A DNA stretch of 63,987 nt, the filler included, from Diploschistes diacapsis (taxonomy: Eukaryota), in NCBI GenBank assembly GCA_023645945.1. It is 5 parts of 5 records of this genome, joined end to end, with 100 filler letters (N's around TTAATTAATTAA, not from the genome) between each part and the next. Parts side by side here need not be neighbours in the genome. Positions count along the whole stretch, not along the records: positions 25,292 to 56,565 come from JALAIB010000117.1; 4 more parts are not named here. One strand, 5' to 3'. Made by a program: the position numbers and the translations under genes. The number at the start of each line of letters is the position of its first letter. Position 1 is the stretch's first letter. The notes under the pieces were generated by a model. That model worked only from the letters and a program-made list of their open reading frames with translations, searched no databases and was not told where the DNA came from. Below are positions 39,012-52,588 of the stretch, in pieces.

Positions 39012-40028
39012 TATTGCGGCTAGGTTTTACGACTTTGTAATAATCCGCCTTGAGCTTATGAGTGGTTTGTGCGAGTTGCTTAGTGGCTTTGTTTGAATCG
39101 AGCTGAAGGCTAATGGATATGCCTGGATCTGGAAATGCCAGTGTCATGGAATTGTTTTACATACGACTCAAAGGAAGGGTGGGTAAGCTACGTGAGTTTA
39201 TGAGGATGGGCTGTTTAGTTTTCATCTACATATTACCCTGACCTTCCAGAAAAACATCATTGTACTATCCTCCAAGATATCCGCAGAGTGAACCCCAGAT
39301 ATCAAATCCGGCGGGCCTGTTCCAGCAGCCGGATACTATCATAGCTGCAGATTCTCGTGAAAAGCGGTCTCTGCCCCTGATCTCGCAGGGAGAGGGAGAA
39401 CAAGGATGCTAAGTCCATCTTCCTGTTCAGGCGGCTATGGGTTGAGAATGCTCTAGGTTTCCGCGGGCTATACGTGAAGGGCTCTGGAGCAAGTCACTTT
39501 TCATGCGATTTCCTTAATTCCTGATCGAGTGTGCAATGCAATACTCCGTCAACCCTATACAAAAGCTGTTCGTCACGTGTTTCACTATAGAAAATCTCTT
39601 CAGGCATAGTAGATAGGTATGTAGCGACCGCCGGTAAGGAGAGCTCCTTCATTGGGATGAAAATCTCTGGGCTCACCAACTACGGCGCAGTCACGATCTT
39701 GGAACACGGAGTAGAGGGAAACGAGGTAGTTGAGCCTCGTTTCCCTACAATAAACCGTGTCCTGGAGTACAATACATTTATAATTATGAGAAAAGAAAAT
39801 GCTTCCGGCAAGAAAAAGAGTGAAAGGCATTTGAGCTCCACTTGCCTCTAGCCTGAAGCAGTTTAGCTTGAAAGATCATCATCTCGGCCAATCAGAAGAT
39901 GGTTACATAATGGGCATCTCCCCAATGTTTCTGGACCTATAATCCAATGCCTTTCTCTATGTACCATACCCTCCCTCTGTGTTGCCACTCCTCATCACTT
40001 CTCTGCTCGGCTTGCATCCTCTGCCAAC

Positions 40029-42355
40029 ATGCTGCGGACTCAGCTCTCTAGGTCCGCTGCAAGAGCAGTGAGGAATGCACAGAATTTTCCTCTCAGGACC
40101 TTTACATCGTCCTCGAGGCGATATGCGGAGGTGGAGCTTACGATCGATGGCAAGAAGGTTTCCATAGAAGCTGGGTCTGCGCTTATACAGGCTTGCGAAA
40201 AAGCTGGCGTTGTCATTCCAAGATACTGTTACCATGAAAAGCTCATGATTGCGGGCAATTGTAAGGTTGCTTAATGTGTTTGTGTGGGCCCGGCATGCTA
40301 ATTATCTATCTAGGCCGCATGTGCCTTGTTGAAGTCGAACGTGCGCCAAAGCCTGTGGCATCATGTGCATGGCCGGTGCAACCGGGGATGGTTGTCAAGA
40401 CAGACTCGGCTCTAACACACAAAGCAAGAGAGGGAATCATGGAGTTTCTCCTGGCCAACCATCCCCTAGACTGTCCAATCTGCGATCAAGGAGGGGAATG
40501 TGATCTTCAGGACCAGTCAATGAGATATGGCGCTGACCGAGGACGGTTTCACGAGGTTGGCGGCAAGCGAGCTGTAGAGGATAAGAACCTTGGCCCGCTC
40601 ATAAAGACATCTATGAATCGGTGCATACACTGTAGTCGTTGCATACGTTTTGCCAATGACGTCGCAGGCGCGCCGGAGCTAGGCTCGACAGGCAGAGGAA
40701 ACGACTTGCAGATTGGAACCTATCTCGAGAGGAATCTTGACTCCGAAATGTCCGGTAATGTCATTGATCTGTGTCCCGTTGGCGCTCTTACGTCCAAACC
40801 CTATGCTTTCCGCGCAAGACCCTGGGAGCTCCAGCACTTCGAGTCGATAGATGTTCTTGACGGTCTCGGTTCAAATATTCGAGTTGACGCTCGCGGCATG
40901 GAAGTGATGCGGGTTCTCCCACGGCTGAATGATGACATTAACGAGGAATGGATAAATGACAAGTCACGGTTCGCTTGCGACGGTCTTCGGACTCAAAGGC
41001 TAACGACTCCTCTGATCCGGAAAGATAACACTTTCCAACCTGCTTCTTGGGAACAGGTTCTGACAGAGATCGGGAATGCGCATCAGAGGCTTGCGCCAAA
41101 AGATAACGAATTCAAAGCCATAGCTGGTCATTTGACGGAAGTTGAGTCGTTAGTAGCTATGAAAGACTTAGCAAACAAGCTTGGCTCGGAGAATCTTGCT
41201 CTGGATCAACCAAAGGGCAGCAACCCTATAGCTCATGGAATAGACGTACGCTCAAACTATCTCTTCAACTCCAAGATCTGGGGTGTCGAGGAGGCAGATA
41301 TCATTCTGCTGGTCGCAACGAATCCACGTCACGAGGCCGCCGGGCTTAACGCTCGGATACGAAAGCAATGGCTGCGATCCGATCTTGAGATTGGATTGGT
41401 TGGGGAGCAATTTGAGAGCATATTTGAATTGGAGCATCTCGGCACGGACTGCGCTGCGCTCAGGAAGGCGTTGTCCGGAGCTTGGGGTAAGAAGCTGTCT
41501 TCAGCAAAGCGCCCCATGATTATTGTGGGCAGTCAAGCCGCAGAGCATTCTGATGCAAAAGCTATATTCGAGACCGTTGGTGGGTTCGTTGAAAAGAATG
41601 CAGCGAACTTCATTACATCAGAATGGCAGGGTTACAATGTGCTTCAGCGGTCTGCCTCACGGGCAGGAGCATATGACGTGGGCTTCGTCACGCCTTCGCC
41701 TCAGGTTTCTGAGGCGAAGCCTAAGATGCTATGGCTTCTGGGTGCCGACGAGATCTCCGCTGCCGATATACCCCAGGGTGCTTTCGTTGTCTATCAAGGT
41801 CACCATGGAGATGCTGGTGCTTCTTTGGCCGATGTTATCCTCCCTGGCGCAGCCTATACTGAGAAGTCTGGTACCTACGTGAATACTGAAGGACGTGCGC
41901 AAATAACTCGAGCAGCCACACCTCTTCCCGGTGCGGCTCGAGAAGACTGGAAAATAATTCGCGCGGCATCAGAGTTTCTCGGGGCCCCATTAGAGTACGA
42001 TGATATTGAGTCTTTACGAGCTCGAATGGTAGAGATCAGTCCCTCGCTGGGACGCTACGATGTGGTGGAGGCAGTAGCTGCCACCAGTCTAGGCAAAGTA
42101 CAACTCGTAGATCAGAACAAGGGATCGAAGAGTGCCGGAGAACCTTTTGGCAGAGTCATCCAAGATTTCTATTTTACGGATGTCATTTCACGAAGGCAAG
42201 TACCATTTGTGCCCAAAAGGATTCACAACCTCAGCTAACCTTCCAAAAGCTCCCCTACCATGGCGCGATGCTCTGCTTCTAAAAGAACTGGTGCTCCAGA
42301 AACAAACTTCATGGCCCCAGGTGAGCCTAACGCCCAGGTGGCTTACGGTAAATAG
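40029..42355 (+). CDS. nuo78: NADH:ubiquinone oxidoreductase 75/78-kDa Fe-S subunit; introns 40262-40313 and GC-AG 42196-42249
   Basis: Mitochondrial presequence; [60 protein letters not shown]. Confidence 0.97.
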
Positions 42356-42786
42356 ATGGGCCCATTACTCCTGCTTGAAGGCTGGGTATTGTAATGGTAG
42401 TCCTATGATGGTGGTTTTAGGCTTTGTAAATAGCTAGCGTAGGATCATGAAAAGGTCATTGATAACGAAGACAATTTTGCAGCATCCAAAGCTTATCTGT
42501 CTCTGTATATACAAACACAACGGGACTTGACAACTGGAGGAGAGTCTTATTTTTTATCTGTGTAAAAAAATTCATAACTGGATTCCCATTCCTGGGGCTT
42601 TTTGGAGCCTGCTGTAAGCAAGGCGATACGTGCAAAGATCTTGAATCCTTGGTCTAGTTGCTGTCATCGAAAATAAAGGAGGCACAAAGAAAGGGTCACG
42701 TCAATCCTTCCAGCGTTTTAACATGCTGTAGCTTACCATTCAATTGACCATGCTTCAAATTTTCATCTGGGTGTCTGTGGTGATCA

Positions 42787-45700
42787 ATGGAATTACCGAC
42801 CTCGGTCGCGAATTCGACCAGCAAAGTTAAAGGTCAGTTGCCCTACCGCCCATACATCGTGTAATTCATTGACAAGGAGAGCGATAGTTGAGTACACCGA
42901 CCCATCTGGTGTGTTCCCCTTGATCGCTTCAGAACTGCAGCTGAGGCTACCCTTACGGAATCTGAATTGGAGCTCGCCGGGTCGTCCAGTCAGGTCTATT
43001 GAATGTTTATACGTAGATCTCTACCCAGATGAAAAGACAAGTGCCGCCCAACTCCCCAAGAGGTCAACCTCTCTAGCTGGTCAGGGGGGTCAAGATCGAC
43101 CGTTGACGCCGACATCTGGGGAATTCAGGCGTCAGTCAGAAGTCACAGGCCCGAAACGCGAGCGAAGGCACCAGATTCCAGGCTTGAGGCGAACGCCATA
43201 TCTCAAAATATATATTTTGAGGTGTGATGACACCGAGATCTATAAGACTTCTGTGCGGAAAGCTCTTCGAGAATGGATTAAGGCGAACACGCCGCCGTCT
43301 CAGAGTAGCGGTGCGGCAAACAACCAAGAAAACCATGATGCTTTCGAATGGATGATCCTCCATGTAGTCCTCCCAGACTTGCAAAACAACGCGGCATGGC
43401 CATACAAAACATCAACAAATGTTCTGGACAAGATCCGCTCTGATTTCAATAGTTCGTCGCGAGGATCAGCAGATCGCATTGCCCAAGTACCAGCCACGAA
43501 GAATCTACAAGTTCAAGGGGCGACAGTGTCAGGCACCCCCTCTGGGCCGGGCAGGGAAACCTTTCTGCGGGAATCCAATAGAGCTTGGGATGACTTGGTT
43601 GGCAAGGTCAAGGCCTTGATCTTGACATCGTTTGATCTCCGAGTACGACAGTATGAGGAAGACATCAAAGAGAAGGGCTCGCAACGAAATTTGCCCGGGT
43701 GGAATTTCTGCACGTTCTTCGTTCTCAAAGAGGGACTGGCAAGAGGTTTTGAAAGCGTTGGCTTGGTGAACGATGCTTTGGTTGGCTACGATGAGCTCTC
43801 TGCAGAGCTTTCCTCTGCACTTCGAAAAGAAGCGGCAGGCAAATTCTCTACGGGAGAAAATGCGGGACTCTTTCGTGAGCACACGCAGGAGCTGCTGGTT
43901 CAAGCTGAGGCGGCCCTAGAAGGTAAAGAGATATCCTCTAATCGGCCGAGTTACAGACGCTTGGGAAACTCGGTTCTAGACACCCATCGCAAGTCGTATA
44001 GAGAGCTGATACTGTCTAACAATATATCGGCATTCGACTTTCAAAATTATGTGTTTGCTCGTCAGGTTTCTCTCTTGCTCCGCTTTGCTTCACAGTTACC
44101 ACAAGTCGGTAGTGCCCCCTCTCAGCGTACAGAAAATACGCACACTCGGGATACTTCTATTCTCGCAGAAATCTGCCAACGAGGAATCAACTTCATTGCA
44201 GACCTCGCTCGGACCATACGCGGGGATCTCAGAGCATCTTTCAAAGCCGAGAGCGGTGCCAGCGAGACAGCCCTTGCTGCGAGATTCACGGTTACAGAGA
44301 ACCTCATAGCCTCTCATGCTTTCCAAGGTGCAATACAGATCCTGGCAAAGACGCAAGATGCGTCGTTGCCGGTCCTGCTGGATCCGGAGCTACAGGAGGA
44401 TGACGAGGACGAATACGACGAGGACATAAGTAGTCCATCATCGCCCAGTTCTAATCCTACTGGGCCTGTCGAGGATTCCATAGATATGGAGCACGCTCAT
44501 GCAGTCCTACATGAGATAAAACCCAGCCGCCCATCTGGAACCGAGTTCTCTTATGACAAAGTCTCTTCAAGTGCCGCTAACAAGGGTGCCATACCCTCCG
44601 CGACCATGAAGCTAGCGGCAAAGCGAGCAGAGTTATTCCTTGTAGCTAGACGTGCTTTGAGCACTGTTGCGGCAAGACGAGGGTGGAGGACTTCATGGCT
44701 TGGGCGAGAAGAACCAGGCGTCGCTGATTACGAAGAGATGGATGAAGTTGCACTAGAAGATAGAGACGGAACCCAAGCACAAACTTTTGAGAGGCCAGAG
44801 ACTTCTGCAGTAATATCGCAGCTAGCCGGCATCGTGGACGAAACTATGCGTCTTTCGCTCTCCACTGAAAGCAGCTTTCATCAAAAATACGAGACACTTT
44901 CCTTGGCCGCTTTCAACCTGTTCTGTCTTTCGGATGACAAGAAATGCGCGCACGCGATCACGGCAGATATTGCCTCTTTGCGGTTGTGGCTGAAGGACTA
45001 TTCTACAGCAGCAGCTTATTTTCGAGAGCTCGCTCCCTTCTATGCACAGGATGACTGGGGCGAACTCGCGACTCTAGTGCTCGACATGTATAGCTTCTGT
45101 TTGAAGAAACTTGGAAGGACAGAAGAATATGTCCATGTTGCACTTCAGACGCTGGCTAGATTGGTACATACAGAGAGATCAGAGTCACGTCTACCAGTGA
45201 CCGAGACCAGGGAGAACGGAAGAGGTGCCATCACGTGTTATGAGGAAGTTGAAACTCTGGCTCAAGAATCTACCACCCTGAAGGTACCTATCGTAGTGGA
45301 CATGGCAGATTATTTCTCAGACATCCATGTCGATCCTTTTGTCCAACATCAAGAAGACGAAGATAGCATCGCACTGGACATCACCTTTAAATCCTGTCTT
45401 TCTCGTGCTTTCAGGGCACAAGAGGTCAGAGTACGGCTCGTGAGTATGGAAGAAGGACCAAGCCGGGAGATATGGCTCTCATCTCCAGAACCGATTAGTA
45501 TCCATTCAGGCCGCTGCTCTGTGAAAGTCACTTGCAGGGTGAGTGTCATGAAAGGCTCGAGGTGGGGTGGCTAACAGGAGTCTAGGTCATGACCATGGAA
45601 TGGTACGTTTTCGATAAAATTATGATAGAGGCGCAGAGAATTGTCTTCCAGTATAAGTACCCACATCAAGATGGTCTCTCGGTGGAAGAGGGGGACGGTC

Positions 45701-47280
45701 AAATACCTGCACGCATCCAGCCCCCCCGCGTTTTGATCTGGCCGTCACCCAGGGCCTTGACCGTGAAAGCCAGCGTACATTCCGTTATCCACCTCGAACG
45801 ACCCAAGTCAATCTACTTCGAAGTATGGTCCGGCGATAACCAGATTACGTTAGCTAGATTGACACTAAAATCAGCGTCGGCAGGACTTAGACTCCACACT
45901 GCCGAAGCAGAAGCTGTCCTAGGAGACTGTCAGGTCATAGATGCAGCTCAGCCAGGCATCATCTGCTTTAGAGACCTATCCCCGCAGTCGAAGATCGGTA
46001 TCCAGATTCCCTACAAACTCGAGGCTGAGATGAAAGAGGTAACGGTAAGATCTGAGATCACATATGAAACAGCGTATGGCTCGTTTATTCGTGGTGAAAA
46101 ACATTTTCTGTCAACGCGATTGTCGTTGGGAGTCAACGTTCAGGACATCTTCAAAGAGCATACGCTGTTCTCGAAATTTGCCATAAGTACTGCCACTGGA
46201 GTTCCTCTCCAACTTCTCTCATGCGACTTGAAGGACACCGGAGATTTCAGAGTGTCGACGCCACACATGGACAACAAAGGGCTTTGTGTGTTCGCTAAGC
46301 AACCTGCTTCACTAGTATATCGAATAATTCCACACGATAAGAATAACAACCAAGACAAGATTCAGAAGAAGCTATCAATGCACATCAACTACATGTGCTT
46401 AGACGAGAAAGTAATAACAACTGTCCAGAACTGTCTCTACGCGAATCTGAAAGGCAGCAAGTTCTGGGGATACTCCAACCTACTGCTTCCTCACCTAGCA
46501 GCTGCTTTGCGCGGAAGACTTACTCACCAAGAGCTGGAAACAATTGGTCTTCTTCGGGAGGTCGAATTGGCGCCATACTCGGAGCTCAATTGGACGTCGG
46601 TAATCTCGGCAGTGCCGCCAGTGAAACGCGAAGCGATTTCATCGTGGCTCCAAGAGTGGCACTGCTTGTATCGGCTGATCTCGATACCAGACGAAACCAG
46701 TGAGGAGCTTCGTACGTTTACAGTGCCGAAGCGTCACATTATCATACCGGTTGAGATACCCCGCCTCCAGATCCTTCACACAGCCTCTTTATCTGTCAAA
46801 GATTCGAGGCTGGAGGCCCCATTTACGGTCGGCGATATGATCTCGGCGGAGCTAAACATCAGACATACTCGTGCCTGGGACCAGCAGCCTAGTACCTTGT
46901 CGGGACCCGTGTCGTTCTACTATGAGCTTGATGCCCCATCTGACACATGGCTTGTTGCCGGGCAAAGACGAGCAATGTTCACTGCTAAAGAGGATGCGAC
47001 CCGGACGTTTCCTATAACGCTCCTTCCGTTAAAGGCGGGGAAGTTGATGCTCCCCATGCTGGAAATATTGCTGGCTAGGGAAGACCAGAAGGGGCCAGAC
47101 GGAAGACCAATGGGATGCGAGATGGACTATGAGAGCCAGGGCTCGTCTGTGGAGGTTGTCCCTGGCGTGACGAGCGTCACGTTAGACATTGAGGAAGATG
47201 CGAGCGGAGGATTTAAGGGTGGGATCAGGATACTGGAGGTGGAGAGGGGAAAGTATGGACGCGAACTTGTGGGGGGATGA
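42787..47280 (+). CDS. TRS130: TRAPP II subunit Trs130/TRAPPC10 (TMEM1 family); introns 42833-42887 and 45539-45585
   Basis: VEYTDPSGVF..LPLRNLNW, RRHQIPGLRRTPYLKIY, QRNLPGWNFCTFFVLKEGLARGFE, C-terminal WLVAGQRR. Confidence 0.92.
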
Positions 47281-47393
47281 AGAATGGGACGGCCTGAGCT
47301 ACCTCGTAGGGTCCAGACTCAATGGAAAAGAGGGTTGCTCCATGGGGGAAAAACAACAGTAAATTTACATATTAGAGAGTTTTGCACCCCCTG
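47281..47393 (+). mobile_element. Possible Tc1/impala-like transposon 3' remnant
   Basis: DSMEKRVAPWGKNNSKFTY* resembles a Tc1 transposase C-terminus, followed by TTTTGCACCCCCTG (TIR-like) and an AT-rich tract. Confidence 0.3.
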
Positions 47394-48975
47394 AATATGC
47401 GTTAGTAGCGTAGCCCAGTGCCCACCTTGGCTAGCGTGCGTAGAGCATCCTAGCTATATATAGACGTTAATATATTTAGATTTTGCTGAGAATAAAGCAG
47501 GCGCATATGTCGGACGTATCTCGGAGATGAGAATAATTAACTTATAATAGATTCTGATTTTAGATGAAGAGTGATAGTGATTTGCTTGGGAAGCTGAAGC
47601 TGAATTACCGTAATTAAGTTTATAGAGGGGAGATTTTGCAAAGAATTATTAGGGTTATTATAAATGCGGTCATTTATAATATATCGGAGCATTTTTATAA
47701 ATACGAATATTTCTACGGATACTATACTGCGCTAAAATTACGAGCACGAATAACTGTAGCCAAATTCCCTCGGTAAGAAACACAGATACGGACATTATAT
47801 TACCGTGAAAGCACGGACACGGGATACCCGTAGCTAGAAAATTGAAAACATGGTGTCATTCTGTGGAAAGGTGTGTAGTTACATAAATGCAGAGCCCCAT
47901 ATCTCAACCTTATCGCCTAGCGTCTCAACATTTTTCTGACCTAACAAATTGCATTCGAAGAGGTACTTTGGGCACATGTTGCTTTTCGCTTGAGGGTCGT
48001 TGGTAAGAGGGAAACAGGATGGACGATAGCTAGACCTTGGCTGACAAGCTCGAGGTGCACATAACAACAAAATCACGTGGTCTGCAGTCTCTGTGCGCCC
48101 TAATGCAAGGAACGCACGCACGTGCGGATTGGATTGCCTGTGCCTCGGACTATAACCAGGTACTACGTATGGATAGGGATGATATGAGGTGAAATCCTTT
48201 GTTACGAGAGAACATGCCTTTTAATTTATGTACGTACCTAAGCTTCCGCTCAATTGAGCATGTGCTCTTATTCTGTCTCGGGGCGAGCCAGTTCGACTTT
48301 GCTGGGATGGCTGTAAGTTAGTTGAAAGTCCTTGCGAGGCGAGGCGAGGCGGGGACGAGGCCAGCTGGCTACTGAGACGTGGAGAACTAGAGCGCCCTCA
48401 CCGCCCTTCTAAGGCCTTCCAGCCCTTGTTGGGAGATATACACCAAGAAACAGCAGCAGTCTCCATTGACTATTGACTGACTTGTGGGGATATGTGTGTG
48501 TGTAATAATAAAGTATAATTACTGGTGGCGCGATACTAAATGATGCACCTCTTCACTGAACTATGAACTAGTTACGGGAAATGCAACCGCGTTTAGGCTG
48601 TGTAAAGAAACCCCAGAATTAGTGTAGTATACATACACCTACAACTAGCTCTGCACCCCTTTCCTACACTCTTTAAAAGACTGCAGTTGCTTTGCTTTGG
48701 CCTTAACTACTCCCAATTCACGTCTTCCGTCCTGTCCTTACTCAATTGGCCTTCTGTCTTCCTTTGTTAGCCTCGATCTCACCATCCACATGGTACGTGT
48801 GATGTCTTTTGCTCGTGAAGAAACATTTGTGCTGATTTCGGATAGGCTGGCCTTGTCCGCTGAAGCAGAACGCTCTACTCGGCAGCTCTCTCGGTTGCAC
48901 CCAGCAATCATCTGACCTCGTTGAGGGCACCGCTCTGTTTAAGCAGGCAGGAGGGGTAAGCCTCGAGCTACTTCA

Positions 48976-50495
48976 ATGGCAGCTCGGCGCGGTACCCGTG
49001 AGGAGGTGCTCCGAAAGAGCATCGTCACCGACTCTGTCTCCTCTGCGATCTCCAACTCCGCCATTACCTCTCCAAGCATGAGTCCCGAACGTACACCCTC
49101 TTCGACATCTCTATCTTCCCTAGATTCCGACGCAGCACATGAAGCTGTCATGGTTCACAAGAAGGCTTCTGGCGGCAAAATCGTCGACACCAATGGTACT
49201 GAATTTCAGATCCCGGACTTCACGATCAAGCAGATTCGGGATGCCATCCCGCCTCACTGTTTCGAACGATCTGCTATCCGAGGGTTATCATATGTCGTTC
49301 GTGATTTTGTCTACCTGGCCGTGATTTTTACCCTCTCGTACAACTTGATTACTCCAGAGTATATTCCCTCACCAATCATTCGAGCTTGCCTCTGGACCAT
49401 CTACACGGTCATCCAAGGCATGGCTGCAACTGGCGTTTGGGTACTCGCTCACGAATGTGGGCACCAGTCCTTCTCTCCCTCAAAGGTCCTCAATGATACC
49501 GTCGGATTTATCCTTCATTCTGTTCTTCTTGTGCCCTACTTTTCCTGGAAGATCTCTCACGGTCAGCACCATAAGGCCACAGGCCATATGCAGCGTGATA
49601 TGAACTGGAAGCCTCCAACAAGAGAGCAGTATGCTTCAGGCATTAGAAAGCTCGCACACGAGCTTCACGAACTCACCGAGGAAACTCCCATCGCTACTGC
49701 TCTGCACCTGGTTGGCCAACAGCTGCTGGGCTGGCCCTTGTATCTTATCACCAACGTGACCGGCCACGACTACCACGAGCGTCAAAGCGAAGGTCGAGGC
49801 AAGGGAAAGAGGAACGGCCTTTTTGGTGGAGTCAACCACTTCAATCCAAGCAGTCCTCTGTACGCTGCAAAGGATGCCAAACTCATTTTTGCGAGCGATC
49901 TTGGGCTTCTTGCCGTGGGCGTGGCTCTCTACGCCTTGACTCGGAAGTTCGGCTTCTTCAACATGCTGGTCTGGTATTGGATTCCATACTTGTGGGTAAA
50001 CCACTGGCTAGGTATGTTTCAATGTGCTTCACTCTGCAGTATTCAGACTACATTCTGCCCTCGATGTTTACTAATGGTATGGTAGTTGGAATCACATTCC
50101 TGCAACATACAGACCCATCTCTGCCCCACTATGATCCTGAAGTCTGGAATTTTCCCCGTGGTGCCGCCGCAACCATCGACCGTGAGTTTGGATTCGTTGG
50201 GCGTCATCTCTTCCACGGCATCATTGAAACTCACGTCTTGCATCATTTCGTCAGCACCATCCCATTCTACAATGCCGACGAGGCCACCGAGGCTATCAAA
50301 CCCGTGATGGGAAGACACTACCGCTCTGATACCAAGGACGGGCCGATGGGCTTCTTGCGCAGTCTGTGGAAGAGCGCAAGGGCGTGCCGATGGGTCGAAC
50401 CCAACGAGGGTGCGGAAGGTGACGCCAAGCACGTTCTCTTCTTCCGTAACCCCAATGGGTACGGTCTTTCACCGGCCAGAATATTGTCAAACTAG
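48976..50495 (+). CDS. Membrane Delta-12-type fatty acid desaturase (FAD2/OdeA family); intron 50012-50085
   Basis: PDFTIKQIRDAIPPHCFERS; His boxes HECGH, HGQHH and HVLHH; TFLQHTDP. Confidence 0.93.
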
Positions 50496-51081
50496 AAGTG
50501 ACTCCAGTATCTCGCTTGCTGGTTCGATTGAGTATGTCTTACGATTCATTATTTGCTTCCATGCATAGCAGTGCTATGGACTTGATCGGATGGCGGGGTT
50601 CTCTTTACCAAGATATTTGTCTGCTTTCGGATTTGCCGGAAAGTTGATCGGAAGGGCTGGGTTTGACTCGCAAGGGGTTGTTCGATACGATGAAGGCTTT
50701 ACTACAACCGGCTCGCTCGATCTTCGACAGCTAGATCCGCCGTTATCGAAAATGGCCTGATGGAAAAGTTCACTTGCAAGTCTGAGAAACGCCAACCTAC
50801 TGTTGAACTCCGAAGGCTTGAAAGGCCTATCCCATCGGAGTAGGCATTCGCAGTAGGCGCTCAAAACGAAGAGCTCGTTGAGGTCAGAGACGAGAAAACA
50901 AATAGATCGTGGGGGAAATAAATGGATGCTAAGCACTGTTTGCTAGACTAGACGCTAGACTGAGGCGCAAAGGGCATCGGGAATAGTATAGGAAAAGCAA
51001 ATTCTCGTTTCGTGCCGTGTCCAAAGGCTATCGATCACGCAGCTCTGTCCCTGGCTTGATCGCCCGCCCACCGTAGCAGTC

Positions 51082-52588
51082 TCATCCTGGGACCCCGTGA
51101 GCGTCGTCTTCGTCACCCACCCACTCCCACGCCAGCATCCTCCAGTTCAGCTCGGGCCTCCAGAACAGCCCATAGCCGAACGTTCTTCCTCCTTCTCCCT
51201 CTTCCATCGACTGACCAGTCTTTGCCCGAACAATCTCCTCGGCGCACATGCCCCCTTGGCCCACGAGCCTCGCCCGCCCTGCGAAAATAATCCTGGAGAA
51301 GCGCGAGTGGACAATTGCCATGCTGCACATGACGCATGGCTCGCGCGAGAGGTACACGTCCAGCCCCGTGCACAGGTAGCCGCCTCTCCGTAGAGGAGAC
51401 GAGGCGGAAACGGCCGACTCGAGGGGCGAAAGGGGGATGTCGAAGAAGGGTGGGTTGAGGTCGGTCGTGGCGTCGAGGTGGTCGAGGACATGGAGGGGCG
51501 CGGTGGAAGAGGCGGGAGCCTCGGCCCGGTCGAGCGCGATGCGCTGTCCGCCCACCATGCCGATGGCGCGCATGGCCGCGTGAGCGAGGGGGTTGCCGTT
51601 TCCATTTTCTACTCTTTCCTCTTTGCTCATTACGTTCGGCTTTCCGTCGCCATCGTGCGCTTCATTCGAACAGCAGATCCAGCGCCCATCTCCCGCACCC
51701 GCGACAACTTCCCCTTTCCCGCCATCGCCGCGGGGATCGACGATCACCGCCCCCACTTCCTCCCCGTGACCTCTTTCCTTTGCCTTCCTACCGAGCCGTC
51801 GCGCTAGCCCTATCCGTTCTCCTGCTCTCCCTTCGATTTCGGCCTTGGCGCGGCGAATATCGGCCGGTTGCGGTCCGTGAGGGTTGTGAGCTTTGTAGGT
51901 GGTCGGCCAGTATTTGGCCGATAGCTCGGCGGCAGCGGCGGTAGAGGAAGGCGGAGAGGACGGGATGGCAAGGACTGAGTATGGGATGGATCGTGCCGGT
52001 AGGTTGAGGTGAGGAGAGAGTGTTGCAAGGAGGGTGGATACCGGGAGGAGAGAGACGGGGCTGGCGAAGAGGAAGAGAGATGGCGCAACTAAATCTGCCG
52101 AGTGGGAAGGAGCGTTGCCGGGGTTCGGGTTGACATTGGACTGCTGCTGTCGTTCTGCATGCCTCTTTTCGTTGGCTTCGAGGAGCTCGAGAATATGGGA
52201 GGAGATGTGCTCGGGTTTGACGAAGCGGCGCACATGCTGGAGATGGGCAATGGAGTTGGGAGGAGTCACTCGGACGAGGGCTCTGTGAAAATTGGGTCAG
52301 CACATTGATGGTTTTCGTGTTCAGGCAACGTTGCCTTGCGACAGGAAGGTGGGCTCACCCGAGGATATTGTGTGCCGCTTGAGCAGGAATGCGTACGATG
52401 TATGCGTCCTCGAACTTCAGGGTAGACTGCACTTCGGCGAGGGTGCGGAGGGCCACGAGACGACCTTTGCTGGGGTCAGTGGGTACGTCAGCCGTGGTGA
52501 GTGAAAGTGAGGAGATTGAGGATGCTATCAGCCTATCAATGTCTGAAGATGTGTTATCAACGACATCGGCACAGATGCCGCTGCTCAT
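51082..52588 (-). CDS. TAD3: tRNA-specific adenosine-34 deaminase subunit Tad3; intron about 52283-52357
   Basis: HLQHVRRF, KYWPT, NPLAHAAMRAI, YLCTGLDVYLSREPCVMCSMAIVHSRF, YGLFWRPELNW. Confidence 0.92.

Noticed and set aside
51560..51600. Deaminase motif lacks the catalytic Glu (HAAM)
   Set aside because: Normal for the non-catalytic Tad3 subunit
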